The notes: generated from the sequence alone by a model not told the origin. A DNA stretch of 32,000 nt from Psychrobacter sp. DM4 (GCF_051307035.1 NZ_CP195536.1:2340001-2372000); one strand, 5' to 3'; positions 18,253-27,600 are shown, numbered from the stretch's first letter. Made by a program: numbers and translations.

Positions 18253-19644
18253 TTATTGAAAACTATAATGAGCTTCATCCAACTGCTCATCATCATTTGA
18301 GATTTTAAAACCAGTCACCGAATCTTGAAGCGCTGACGCCATCTCACTAAGCTCACCAATTGAGCGCGCTGTAGCCATAGTACCTGAAGAGGTTTGCGAG
18401 GTAATGTCCTGAATGACCGTCATCGTTTGTGAAATAGTTCCTGCTGATCGTGCTTGCTGCTGAGCGGCGTTCGAGATATTCTGAATGAGATCAGATAAGG
18501 TGTTTGATACGTTTTGAACCTCTTCTAGCGCCTCGCCAGCATCTTGAGCTAAACGTGCACCACGTACTACCTCAGAGGTGGTTGACTCCATAGATACTAC
18601 CGCTTCACTGGTATCTGTCTGAATGGTCTTGACCAAAGTTTCAATCTGTTTGGTTGCATTAGCTGAGCGCTCAGCGAGACGCTGAACCTCGTCAGCGACG
18701 ACCGCAAACCCTCGTCCTGCTTCGCCAGCCATAGAGGCTTGAATAGCAGCGTTCAAGGCCAAAACGTTAGTCTGATCAGCAATATCATTGATCAATCCAA
18801 CGATATCACCAATCTCTTGTGAGGACTCACCTAGACGCTTGATACGTTTTGAGGTCTCTTGAATCTGATCTCGGATAACGTTCATACCATCGATAGAGCG
18901 CTGTACGACCTCAGCACCGTTGTAGGCAATAGCAACAGAACGTTTGGCGACAGCGGCAGACTCAGCAGCGTTGTTTGAGACCTGGTCAATGGAGAGCGTC
19001 ATCTCATTAATAGACGCTGAGACGCCCGCAATATCTTGTGCTTGATCCTCTGATGCTCGTGCTAGCTCAAAGGCATTAACCTGAGTTTGTTCTGATGAGC
19101 GAGATACGCGGTCCGCGGTACTGTTAATAGCGGTTACTAGTTGGCGCAACTGATCGATGGCAAAGTTCACAGAATCGGCGATTGCCCCCGTAAAATCCTC
19201 TGATACGGTCGCGTTGACAGTCAGATCACCATCAGCTAAATCTCCAAGCTCATCAAGCAGACGCAAAATAGCCATCTGGTTACGGTCATTCTCTTCTTGA
19301 ATTTGACGCGCACGTTCAGAGTCAGCGTCAGCTTCTTGTCTATTACGCAAAGTCTCTTTTTCGATCAACAAGCGCTCAGAGCTACCGCGTTGCCCAAATA
19401 TCTGAGACAGCGCATAAAGAATACCCAAAAGTGCCACTACGAATAATAGCGCTGGTATTAAAACAGACTGGTTAAAGTCAGTCACATATTGGCTTAGCGA
19501 TGACAAGGAGCTTATCAACCAAAACAAACAGGCTACGCTGACTAAGGCTAAGATCGCCAATAAGCCTTTCCACTTATTACTGCTCTCTTTTGGTGCCAGT
19601 GCTCTATTGGTACCCGTCGCTGAACTTTTTGTAATATTACTCAT
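18253..19644 (-). CDS. pilJ: PilJ-type methyl-accepting chemotaxis protein lacking a periplasmic domain
   Basis: 463-aa ORF. The PilJ-specific segment [49 protein letters not shown] is present. So is the MCP signalling hairpin, [41 protein letters not shown]. There are two N-terminal transmembrane helices. An AAAGGAA Shine-Dalgarno sequence lies upstream. Confidence 0.9.
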   Translation of the reverse strand: MSNITKSSATGTNRALAPKESSNKWKGLLAILALVSVACLFWLISSLSSLSQYVTDFNQSVLIPALLFVVALLGILYALSQIFGQRGSSERLLIEKETLRNRQEADADSERARQIQEENDRNQMAILRLLDELGDLADGDLTVNATVSEDFTGAIADSVNFAIDQLRQLVTAINSTADRVSRSSEQTQVNAFELARASEDQAQDIAGVSASINEMTLSIDQVSNNAAESAAVAKRSVAIAYNGAEVVQRSIDGMNVIRDQIQETSKRIKRLGESSQEIGDIVGLINDIADQTNVLALNAAIQASMAGEAGRGFAVVADEVQRLAERSANATKQIETLVKTIQTDTSEAVVSMESTTSEVVRGARLAQDAGEALEEVQNVSNTLSDLIQNISNAAQQQARSAGTISQTMTVIQDITSQTSSGTMATARSIGELSEMASALQDSVTGFKISNDDEQLDEAHYSFQ

Positions 19645-19773
19645 CGTGCTTATTCCTTTAAAACAGTCGCAAAAATATTACCGTGACTGACTCAACCCGC
19701 GTCAGCTGTTTGTCAACTTAACGTTTAAGAGTCTACATGAGTGCTGATATGCCGTAATCATATACTTATTATT

Positions 19774-20304
19774 CTATATAGCTGCATCGCTATAACGTTT
19801 ATCTTGTACCAGTAAACTTGGCATGAAGATGAACCAATCTTGCTCATCTTTATAAAACTTACCATGATTGTAAGGCGCAAAGGGCGATTGACCATCGATA
19901 GACTCTGCTCGGTACTGGTCTTGGCTGAACTGCTCGATCCCTAGTACTTGATCGACTAATAATCCTGAAAACACAGCATTATGATCAATAACGATGACTT
20001 TGCGTTGACTCATCTGCAAGAGTCGGTTAGGAAGATGTAAAAACTTGGACAAATCAGTTAATGGCAATAGGCGTCCGCGAATATTCGCGATACCTAGCAT
20101 CCAAGGCTTCACGAGCGGCATAGTCGCGTACTCAGGCATCATAAGAATCTCTGACACCTCACCCATAGGCGCAACCAAACGTTGTCCGCCAATCTCAAAA
20201 ACCACCCCTTGCCAGTCAGACCCTTGCCCGCCGCGGCGACCGCTTTTGCGAGCACGCGCTAAATCAGCTAGGCGTAAAAGCTCAATAAACCCTCTAGACG
20301 CCAC
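19774..20304 (-). CDS. pilI: PilI CheW-like coupling protein
   Basis: 176-aa ORF with a CheW-domain pattern (..LVAPMGEVSEI.., ..MLGIANIRGRLLPLTDL.., ..KVIVIDH..GLLVDQVLGI..). It starts 3 nt after the pilH stop. Confidence 0.9.
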   Translation of the reverse strand: MASRGFIELLRLADLARARKSGRRGGQGSDWQGVVFEIGGQRLVAPMGEVSEILMMPEYATMPLVKPWMLGIANIRGRLLPLTDLSKFLHLPNRLLQMSQRKVIVIDHNAVFSGLLVDQVLGIEQFSQDQYRAESIDGQSPFAPYNHGKFYKDEQDWFIFMPSLLVQDKRYSDAAI

Positions 20305-20307
20305 AAG

Positions 20308-20670
20308 TTACTCCATTACTCTACGAATAGTTTCTAGCAATTGCGATTCATCAACAGGCTTAGTAATATATTCTTTGGCACCTTGACGCTTGCCCCACAC
20401 TCTATCTGTCTCTTGACTCTTTGTACTGATCATGACAATAGGAATATGAGCTGTTGTTGCACCGCGAGTTATTTTCCGTGTTGCTTGAAAACCATTCATC
20501 TCAGGCATAACCACATCCATCAAAATGACGTCTGGCAGATGATCAGTTGCCATTTGACACCCTTGTTCCCCGTTAGTCGCTTCTAATATATGAAAGCTAT
20601 GTTTGGCAAGCATGTCACGAAATTTTGCCATCTCAGAGGGCGAATCGTCGATGACTAATACAGTAGTCAT
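20308..20670 (-). CDS. pilH: PilH single-domain CheY-like response regulator
   Basis: 120-aa receiver domain (VLVIDDS, ILMDVVMPEMNG, TKP). It is the second gene of the cluster. Confidence 0.9.
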   Translation of the reverse strand: MTTVLVIDDSPSEMAKFRDMLAKHSFHILEATNGEQGCQMATDHLPDVILMDVVMPEMNGFQATRKITRGATTAHIPIVMISTKSQETDRVWGKRQGAKEYITKPVDESQLLETIRRVME

Positions 20671-20821
20671 GGGTATATCCTTTATTTATCGGTTGTGTAC
20701 TTTAAAGGTGTTGGTAGAAGCTTATCTTAATTGCGATACTTTTTATTTCTGAGTTCTTGTTACTGCTAAGTCCTTTGTATTTCAGCACCTTTAACAGCAG
20801 GTCACAGTTACAAAGATGCGG

Positions 20822-21199
20822 TTAGCGATACTGGTTTATGGCTTCAAACAACTCATCCTTACTAAAGGGCTTGGTCAAGTACTCATCAGAACCTACGATA
20901 CGTCCACGCGCCTTGTCGAACAGACCATCTTTTGAGGACAGCATAATGACAGGCTTGTTAGCATAATCAGGATTATTCTTAATCAAAGCACAGGTCTGAT
21001 AACCGTCTAGACGCGGCATCATGATATCTACAAAAATAATATCTGGGTTGTTGTCTACAATTTTGGCTAACGCATCAAAACCATCAATGGCTGTTACGAC
21101 CTCACAGCCTGCTTTTTGTAGCAAAGTCTCTGCTGTCCTACGAATGGTCTTTGAATCGTCAATGACCATAATTTTTAACCCATCAAAATTATTATCCAT
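20822..21199 (-). CDS. pilG: PilG single-domain CheY-like response regulator
   Basis: The 125-aa sequence is near-collinear with P. aeruginosa PilG as I recall it: LKIMVIDDSKTIRRTAETLL.., IFVDIMMPRLDGYQTCALIKNN.., VIMLSSKDGLFDKARGRIVGSDEYLTKPFSK. Confidence 0.95.
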   Translation of the reverse strand: MDNNFDGLKIMVIDDSKTIRRTAETLLQKAGCEVVTAIDGFDALAKIVDNNPDIIFVDIMMPRLDGYQTCALIKNNPDYANKPVIMLSSKDGLFDKARGRIVGSDEYLTKPFSKDELFEAINQYR

Positions 21200-21598
21200 G
21201 TGTCCCTATCCTATAAACGACTGTTCACTCATATTACTATTATTTAACAAGCGCTTTACTATTATTTGATTTATTATCAGACGGTAGTTCAAGCTTAAAC
21301 GGCTACGGGTTCATCGTCGTCTATGCTACTTGATTGCGTAACCAAGATAAAGCTAGTCCCCTGTATTTCTTATATATCCAAATATTGCCAAATACTTATC
21401 ATTTGTAATAAATATGTATCAGCATTAGTCTGTGTTTGTTTTAGCATAGTTATTTGAGTTTTTCCAGCTATTTAATTGTTGCTGCCTAATATTTAAAAAC
21501 ACATTTGTCTATTGACACTCTTTAATTGCATGAATGACAAGGCACTAGCTGGTCTTATTTTACAATATAATTAAATAACGTTTATAAAGGTAATTCGC

Positions 21599-22903
21599 AT
21601 GACCTCTTCTCATCTACCCTTTCTATTATTATGCAAGAAAATATGCAAGAAAAGTGCCATCTATGTGTTAAGCGCAGGGCTTCTTCTTGCCTGTCAGCCA
21701 CCGAATACTGATACCTCAAATTCGGATCAGCAGGTAGATACTCCAGTAGTTATTGAAGAGGATAGCGTGACGATGAGTCCAGAGCACATCTTAAGTATAA
21801 AGTCGTCTCGTTATCAGCCAAGTCTAGGGCTTCAAGGCAACCTTGAACCTGCTGAGCAACAAAAGATGATCGCAGCACAAGATATTGTCATAGACAAAGT
21901 ACTGGTCAAAGAAGGCCAATGGGTCAAAGAAGGCGCGCCGTTGTTTATTGTGCATCGTAAAGCCACACAAAAGGGTTCTGACGAGAGTAAATCAACGGGC
22001 AAGATCGACACCCAAGTTAGGCAAATTCAAACTAACAAAAGTCTTGTGAATCGAGCAAAAAGTGATGAAGGATTGTCAGAATTAACCGCAGAAGATACGC
22101 AAAACCAAAAAATGATTCAGGACCAAAACGCGTTAAAACCAGAAGAGATGAACAAGGGACAGCCCTTTTCTAATAGCCTCGTCAAAACTGATAACACTTC
22201 TCTTAAACCTGACAGTACCCTTGATACTGGCACTTCGGCCGAACCTTTGGTGAATAAAGGTACAGAGAGTAGCAAACAAGGCTCTGCCCCCATTACAGTA
22301 CTTGCAAAAAAGTCAGGTTATATCAGTGGAATTTTTGTTCAACCTATGCAGACAGTAGAGAGTGGCGTGCTACTGTTAGAGCTTGGTGAAAAGAGCAATC
22401 TCCACTTTATCGCAACTCTACCTATTCAGGCCAAATCTCAGCTGTCTATTGGGCAGACTGTCAACTTTACTGCTGAAAAATTAACCGATACCTTTACCGG
22501 TCAAGTTAGTAAATTAGACGTCGATACCATTGCCAAACAGTTATTCGTCTACGTCAGCGTCATCGGCAATGAGACTAGCCGTGAAAAGTTGAAACCCGGA
22601 ATGGCTGCGATGGGCCGTGTCAATTATGGTCAGATAGAAGTCGGCACGATTGTCCCCAAAAGTGCGCTGCATGATGTGGATTTAAGTACTTTACAAAAGC
22701 CACCTTATCAGTCCATAACACCACTAACTGCCAATATTTGGATTATCAAGCAAGATCAGCGCTTAACCCGTCAGCCTGTTGAAGTTATCGAGTATGATCC
22801 TAGCACTGATCAGTATCTAATCGCAGGCGTTAGTAACGACAGCTTAATATGCTTGGCTGACTTACCTGTTGAGTCTGCTGGCAAAAGTGTTATTGTCTCT
22901 TAA
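21599..22903 (+). CDS. membrane-fusion (HlyD/RND adaptor)-type lipoprotein with no adjacent transporter
   Basis: It has a lipobox (LSAGLLLAC). The first lipoyl half-motif is DKVLVKEGQWVKEGAPLFIV and the second half is VLAKKSGYISGIFVQPMQTVESGVLLLEL. The beta-barrel part is SIGQTVNF..GQVSKLD..LKPGMAAMGRV..IVPKSAL. A polar, non-heptad insert lies between the lipoyl halves. Confidence 0.65.
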   Translation: MTSSHLPFLLLCKKICKKSAIYVLSAGLLLACQPPNTDTSNSDQQVDTPVVIEEDSVTMSPEHILSIKSSRYQPSLGLQGNLEPAEQQKMIAAQDIVIDKVLVKEGQWVKEGAPLFIVHRKATQKGSDESKSTGKIDTQVRQIQTNKSLVNRAKSDEGLSELTAEDTQNQKMIQDQNALKPEEMNKGQPFSNSLVKTDNTSLKPDSTLDTGTSAEPLVNKGTESSKQGSAPITVLAKKSGYISGIFVQPMQTVESGVLLLELGEKSNLHFIATLPIQAKSQLSIGQTVNFTAEKLTDTFTGQVSKLDVDTIAKQLFVYVSVIGNETSREKLKPGMAAMGRVNYGQIEVGTIVPKSALHDVDLSTLQKPPYQSITPLTANIWIIKQDQRLTRQPVEVIEYDPSTDQYLIAGVSNDSLICLADLPVESAGKSVIVS

Positions 22904-23069
22904 TTTATTGAAGGACTAAAATATGAGCAATGGCAGCTCCTTGCTTTGTCTACAGTTACATTGTGTAGAAATATTAACAAAGCTTACCTTGTTTAGTAAG
23001 ACCTAAACTAGGCAAAATAGTCTAATATTATAAGTAAAAATGTATAAAACAACCATTCGAGGATGAACT

Positions 23070-23792
23070 ATGAGTAAGCAGATTTTATTGATTGAAGATG
23101 ATCCAGATTTAGCCGAGCTGATCAGCGATTATTTAACTATGAACTACTATGACGTTCATCATGCAGGTCTCGGTCAAGAAGGCCTCGATATACTAGATAC
23201 CAAAGAGCGCGATATCGATCTAGTGGTATTAGATTTGATGCTGCCCGATATGGACGGTATGCAGGTATGCCAAAAGATCCGTGGCAACAAAAATAATATG
23301 ACAAATAAAGTGCCTATCATCATGCTGACCGCAAAAGGTGATACTACCGATCGCGTACTTGGGCTTGAAATGGGTGCTGATGATTACATCTCTAAGCCCT
23401 TTGAGCCTCGGGAGTTGCTTGCCCGTATTCGCTCAGTGATCCGTCGTCATGAGCAGCCCAATCAAGCGGATAGTCAGTCAGATAGCCTGACCTTTGGTCG
23501 TCTTAGCGTTTTTCCAGATAGTCATGAAGTCACTATCGATGATAAACCTGTACGTCTGACTACTCATCAATTCCAGCTTTTGCATTATTTTGCTACTCAC
23601 TCTGGCAAAGTGCTTAACCGCGAGCAATTATGGCAAGCGATGCCAAACGATGACAGCTCTGACAATATCGACCGTGCTATCGATGTGCATATTTCACGCC
23701 TGCGCGCTCTGATCGAAGATAATCCTCGTCAGCCAAAACGCATTATCACTGTACGCGGCGTCGGTTATCAGTTCGCAACTGATCAGGTCTGA
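23070..23792 (+). CDS. ompR: OmpR-family (OmpR-like) winged-helix response regulator
   Basis: The receiver domain contains LLIEDD and VVLDLMLPDMDG. The segment IIMLTAKGDTTDRVLGLEMGADDYISKPFEPRELLARIRSVIRR is very close to E. coli OmpR as I recall it. The C-terminal segment is IDVHISRLR..TVRGVGYQF. Confidence 0.85.
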   Translation: MSKQILLIEDDPDLAELISDYLTMNYYDVHHAGLGQEGLDILDTKERDIDLVVLDLMLPDMDGMQVCQKIRGNKNNMTNKVPIIMLTAKGDTTDRVLGLEMGADDYISKPFEPRELLARIRSVIRRHEQPNQADSQSDSLTFGRLSVFPDSHEVTIDDKPVRLTTHQFQLLHYFATHSGKVLNREQLWQAMPNDDSSDNIDRAIDVHISRLRALIEDNPRQPKRIITVRGVGYQFATDQV

Positions 23793-23825
23793 TTGCTATT
23801 ATCTAAATGTTTTTTTAACCAGTAG

Positions 23826-23858
23826 AAGTCTGATAGTCTAGAACTTATCAGACTTTTT
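23826..23858 (+). terminator. rho-independent terminator between the regulator and kinase genes
   Basis: A 10-bp perfect stem, aagtctgata / tatcagactt (23826-23835 and 23846-23855), has a 10-nt loop and is followed by a T-run to 23858. Confidence 0.7.
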
Positions 23859-23979
23859 GGTGTTATCACTGCTTTTTAGCATTAGCACTGTTGACCTATC
23901 ACTGCCTAATTGATACTAACTGTGTGACTTAATTATTTTTTTAAAATAAAAATGAGCTTATAACTATAGAGATGGCTTG

Positions 23980-25806
23980 ATGCAACAGCTGGGTTTTCGT
24001 TCCGTATTCGCAAAACTGTTTGCTAGCGTCATGCTCGCATTGACGCTTTTTGCTGTCGCTATGGTGCTGTTGACTCAACTGGTTCACGACAAAGACGCAA
24101 GCATTCGCTCAAAAGTATTAGCAACACAGATATTAGGACAGATAGACCCTTTTTTGAATGAGCTCAATATCTCTATTAGTAACGACAATAGATTACAAGC
24201 TAGGTTTATGCTCGCTGTTGTCAAAAAAAGCTTTGATATCTTTGATGAGTCGTTACAAGCAAAAATGGGACTGTACGATAACGACGGTCATTTGCTGATG
24301 CAGACTGATAATAGCGATCTGCCGCTAGCGTTGCCAGCGTCGCCATCGCTATTGACACGTGCTTTTCCCTCATTCGCTGATACTCCGCCCACGCAGCAGG
24401 CACAGGTTTATAGTAGTACAGGCTATACTTTATTGTATGAGTCACGCTTGCCGCCCAAAAAACCTGTGCTTTCAGCGGCGTTAAATTTATTCACAGGTAC
24501 GCTCCTTTTGCTCATCATTATGGCAGGTGTACTGTGGTGGATCGCTCGCAATATGACTTGGCGACTCAACCAGATGAGTCAGCAGATGGCTCAGCTTGGT
24601 GATGGTGACTTTACGGTTCGTGTCAATGCGCGCGGTAACGATGAGATTACCTCGCTCGCTCGCGGATTCAACCAAGCTGCGCAAAAGATTGAGCATCTCA
24701 TTGACGCTAATAATCTATTACTTGCTCATGCCTCCCATGAACTACGCACACCCATCACCCGCATCCGCTTGCAGATTGAGATGATGGATATGCTTGCAAG
24801 CGATATGCGGGCTGATACTAAAGTAAAGTTTGATAAAAGAGCACAAGCGGTAAATCGCGATTTATCAGGTCTTAATGATTTGGTTGAGAGTATTCTTTTG
24901 GTTAGTCGTTTGGATGCAGGTCATGTCATGCAGCAGACAGAACGGTTCGATCTGTACGATGTGGTCAATCAAGAACGCCAGCATTATCCTGAAGCAACTT
25001 TGATCGGTAAACACATTACGATCGACGGACAAGCCTCAATGCTCACTCATCTTATTCGCAATCTCCTGACTAACGCGATGCTACATGGTGAGCCGCCTGT
25101 TACCATTCTACTTTATGGGGTTCAGACACTTGATGAGGCAGGTACTGTGCCTAACTATCTGTTACAAGGCATCATGAATAGTAGCTTTGCGGACTATAAT
25201 TCATCAGGTTTTGATTCTTATCATCAACTATTAGGTAGTGATAGGCCTAATAAAACCGCAAAAAGTACTGATCTGCCCGACTCTAATATCTATAAAAATG
25301 GGGAAACCGTCGTTCTCGATGAGCAAGAAATCATTTCTACTGAGCCAGATAACCGCGAACATATCTCTCATCAAACGCTACATACTACTGAGAAAGAACC
25401 CTCTTCACTACTGGCAACCTTGAGGTCAAAAAAGAGCGATAGTAAAGAGCTGGAAAGTACTGACATGGTAGGGCTACCACGCAAAGAAGGCTTGTTTAAA
25501 AAACATCTTAATAAGCCTAAAGTAGAGCCTATCGAACCTCTACCCAACTATGCGGTTTTGGCAATTATTGACGAGGGTTCAGGTATTCCTGAAGATAAGC
25601 GCAAAGAGATTTTTAGCCCGTTTGTACGCTTGCAACAAAAGAAAAAGGGCTCTGGTCTCGGTCTATCGCTAGTAGCGCAGATCGTAACTGCACATCAAGG
25701 CTACATCAAAACCGATACCATCAATGGTCATACCCGATTTTTAGTTATGTTGCCTGTCGACCATGATCCTGACTACAATTTTCACGATCATGACAGTCAT
25801 GTCTGA
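23980..25806 (+). CDS. EnvZ-like sensor histidine kinase with a large insertion in the ATP-binding domain
   Basis: The ORF opens with TTG at 23977; ATG at 23980 is the more likely start. Two transmembrane helices flank a periplasmic region of about 140 aa, followed by a HAMP domain. The H-box is ASHELRTPITRIRLQIEMM, with the His codon at 24736-24738. The N-box is LIRNLLTNAMLHG, G1 is IDEGSGI and G2 is GSGLGLS. Confidence 0.9.
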   Translation: MQQLGFRSVFAKLFASVMLALTLFAVAMVLLTQLVHDKDASIRSKVLATQILGQIDPFLNELNISISNDNRLQARFMLAVVKKSFDIFDESLQAKMGLYDNDGHLLMQTDNSDLPLALPASPSLLTRAFPSFADTPPTQQAQVYSSTGYTLLYESRLPPKKPVLSAALNLFTGTLLLLIIMAGVLWWIARNMTWRLNQMSQQMAQLGDGDFTVRVNARGNDEITSLARGFNQAAQKIEHLIDANNLLLAHASHELRTPITRIRLQIEMMDMLASDMRADTKVKFDKRAQAVNRDLSGLNDLVESILLVSRLDAGHVMQQTERFDLYDVVNQERQHYPEATLIGKHITIDGQASMLTHLIRNLLTNAMLHGEPPVTILLYGVQTLDEAGTVPNYLLQGIMNSSFADYNSSGFDSYHQLLGSDRPNKTAKSTDLPDSNIYKNGETVVLDEQEIISTEPDNREHISHQTLHTTEKEPSSLLATLRSKKSDSKELESTDMVGLPRKEGLFKKHLNKPKVEPIEPLPNYAVLAIIDEGSGIPEDKRKEIFSPFVRLQQKKKGSGLGLSLVAQIVTAHQGYIKTDTINGHTRFLVMLPVDHDPDYNFHDHDSHV

Positions 25807-26034
25807 TTTATCTATTTGGCATAATTCTAGCTTAGTTTGGCATGTTCAGTATACTGTAGTGACCTGATTTATCGCCTCAACGACATGCTCTTGCGCCCTT
25901 CGTTCAGTACTCTCATCCCCAGTGATGACAACACTCGCTATACCCAATCCTTTGGATAATATGCTACATTATCGCCCCTTTAAACGCCCATTCTCTTCTT
26001 TGTCAGTTAAAATCTAGTAAATATTGAGCATGCC

Positions 26035-26577
26035 ATGAGCGACATGATTGTCCTAAAAGACGTGACCAAGAGTTTTTTGAGCGACCGCTCGATCAAGGGC
26101 GCAGATGGCAAAGCTCATCGGTTTACCGCCGTTGAGCCAACCTCACTCTCTATCCAGCAGGGCGAAATATTTGGCCTCATGGGATATTCTGGCGCGGGCA
26201 AATCCACCTTACTGCGTCTGATCAATTTACTTGAGCGTCCAGATAGCGGTCAGGTGATTATTAATGATGTCGATTTGACAGCATTATCTGCCAGCGATTT
26301 GCGCGTGGCACGGCCCTTTACTATCATTAAGGTGCTACTCAACGAGTCGCGCTCAGGATTAGTGTTGTCAGTGACTATTTTATGTATCAGTCTGCTGTCA
26401 TATTCGGCAGCAGCAGGTATGATTGGCGGCGGCGGTCTGGGTGATTTGGCGATTCGTTACGGCTATTATCGCTATCAGACTGAAGTTATGGTCTTTATCG
26501 TCGTTATGCTCTCAGTGATGGTGGTATCTATTCAAGCCTTTGGCAATTGGTTAGCGACGCGTTTAGACAAACGATAA
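26035..26577 (+). pseudogene. metN: metN'-'metI in-frame deletion fusion (remnant of the methionine ABC transporter ATPase and permease)
   Basis: Residues 1-93 are the MetN N-terminus (GLMGYSGAGKSTLLRLINLLERPDSG Walker A, ..LTALSASDLRVAR). From about residue 94 the sequence is the C-terminal end of MetI (IIKVLLNESRSGLV..AAAGMIGGGGLGDLAIRYGYYRYQ..). The Q-loop, ABC signature, Walker B and most permease helices are absent. The junction lies near 26311-26316. Confidence 0.75.
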
Positions 26578-26625
26578 AACCGTATGACTACTTAAATAAA
26601 ACTTATCTACTATCAAGGATACCTT

Positions 26626-27570
26626 ATGAAATTAACAGACATTAGTCGTCAATTGGTACTTGCTTTGGGCGTCGCTAGCGTATCAGGTTTGGTACTCGTC
26701 GGTTGCAACAACTCATCAGCGCCAGAAGCTACCAAAAAAGCACCTGCCGCATCAGGCAATGATATCGATCCTGAAAAGAGCAAAATCGTTATCGGTACTA
26801 CCGAAGGCGACTTTGCTGATATGGTACGCAACCAAGTCAAAAGCTCATTAGAAGCGCAAGGCTATGAAGTTGAGCTTATTACCTTTACCGATTATGTCCG
26901 TCCAAACTTGGCATTGGCAGAGGGTGATTTGGATATCAATATCTTTCAGCACAAGCCTTATCTCGATACATTCAAGACTGAAAACAACCTAGATTTGGTT
27001 GAAGTGTTTCAAGTCCCAACCGCCCCACTTGGCATCTATACTGGCAAAAAAACCAGCCTTGATCAGGTTTATAAAGGCATGAGGGTATCGGCTCCCAATG
27101 ATCCAAGTAACTTTGCTCGTGCTCTTGTCATGATGGATGATTTGGGCTGGATTACTCTCAAAGATAATATCGATCCATTAACGGCGTCAAAAACGGACAT
27201 CGCAGACAACAGCAAATACGAGATCGAAATCATTGAGTTAGAAGCCGCGCAATTGCCACGCGCTCGTGATGAAGTTGACTTTGCGGTGATCAATGGTAAC
27301 TATGCCACTGACGCGGGTATTGAATTGACTAGCGCTTTGTTCCAAGAGCCAAGTTTCAATTATGTGAACTGGTCAGCGATCAAATCTGCTGATACAGACA
27401 AAAAATGGGTCCAAGACATTACCAATGCCTACAACTCAGATGAGTTTAAGACGTACGCAAACAAAACGTTCCCAGGGTACAAATACCCAAAGATATGGAA
27501 TCCTGAAACCGCGACAGTTACCGCCTCTGCTGGTACGGCAACTGCTACAGGTCAAGTCGCTGTTCAGTAA
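26626..27570 (+). CDS. metQ: MetQ/NlpA-family methionine-binding lipoprotein
   Basis: It has a lipobox (LVLVGC). NlpA-family motifs are present (IFQHKPYLD, VINGNYA). It follows the metNI remnant. Confidence 0.9.
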   Translation: MKLTDISRQLVLALGVASVSGLVLVGCNNSSAPEATKKAPAASGNDIDPEKSKIVIGTTEGDFADMVRNQVKSSLEAQGYEVELITFTDYVRPNLALAEGDLDINIFQHKPYLDTFKTENNLDLVEVFQVPTAPLGIYTGKKTSLDQVYKGMRVSAPNDPSNFARALVMMDDLGWITLKDNIDPLTASKTDIADNSKYEIEIIELEAAQLPRARDEVDFAVINGNYATDAGIELTSALFQEPSFNYVNWSAIKSADTDKKWVQDITNAYNSDEFKTYANKTFPGYKYPKIWNPETATVTASAGTATATGQVAVQ

Positions 27571-27600
27571 TTGAATCTGAAACCGACGCTCTGTTCAGAC

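Noticed and set aside
20699-20795. A long-range 9-bp complementarity, ttaaaggtg / cacctttaa, bracketing the pilG-pilH spacer.
   Set aside because: The arms are short and about 75 nt apart in AT-rich DNA, so this is plausible by chance. No supporting terminator or known motif was found.
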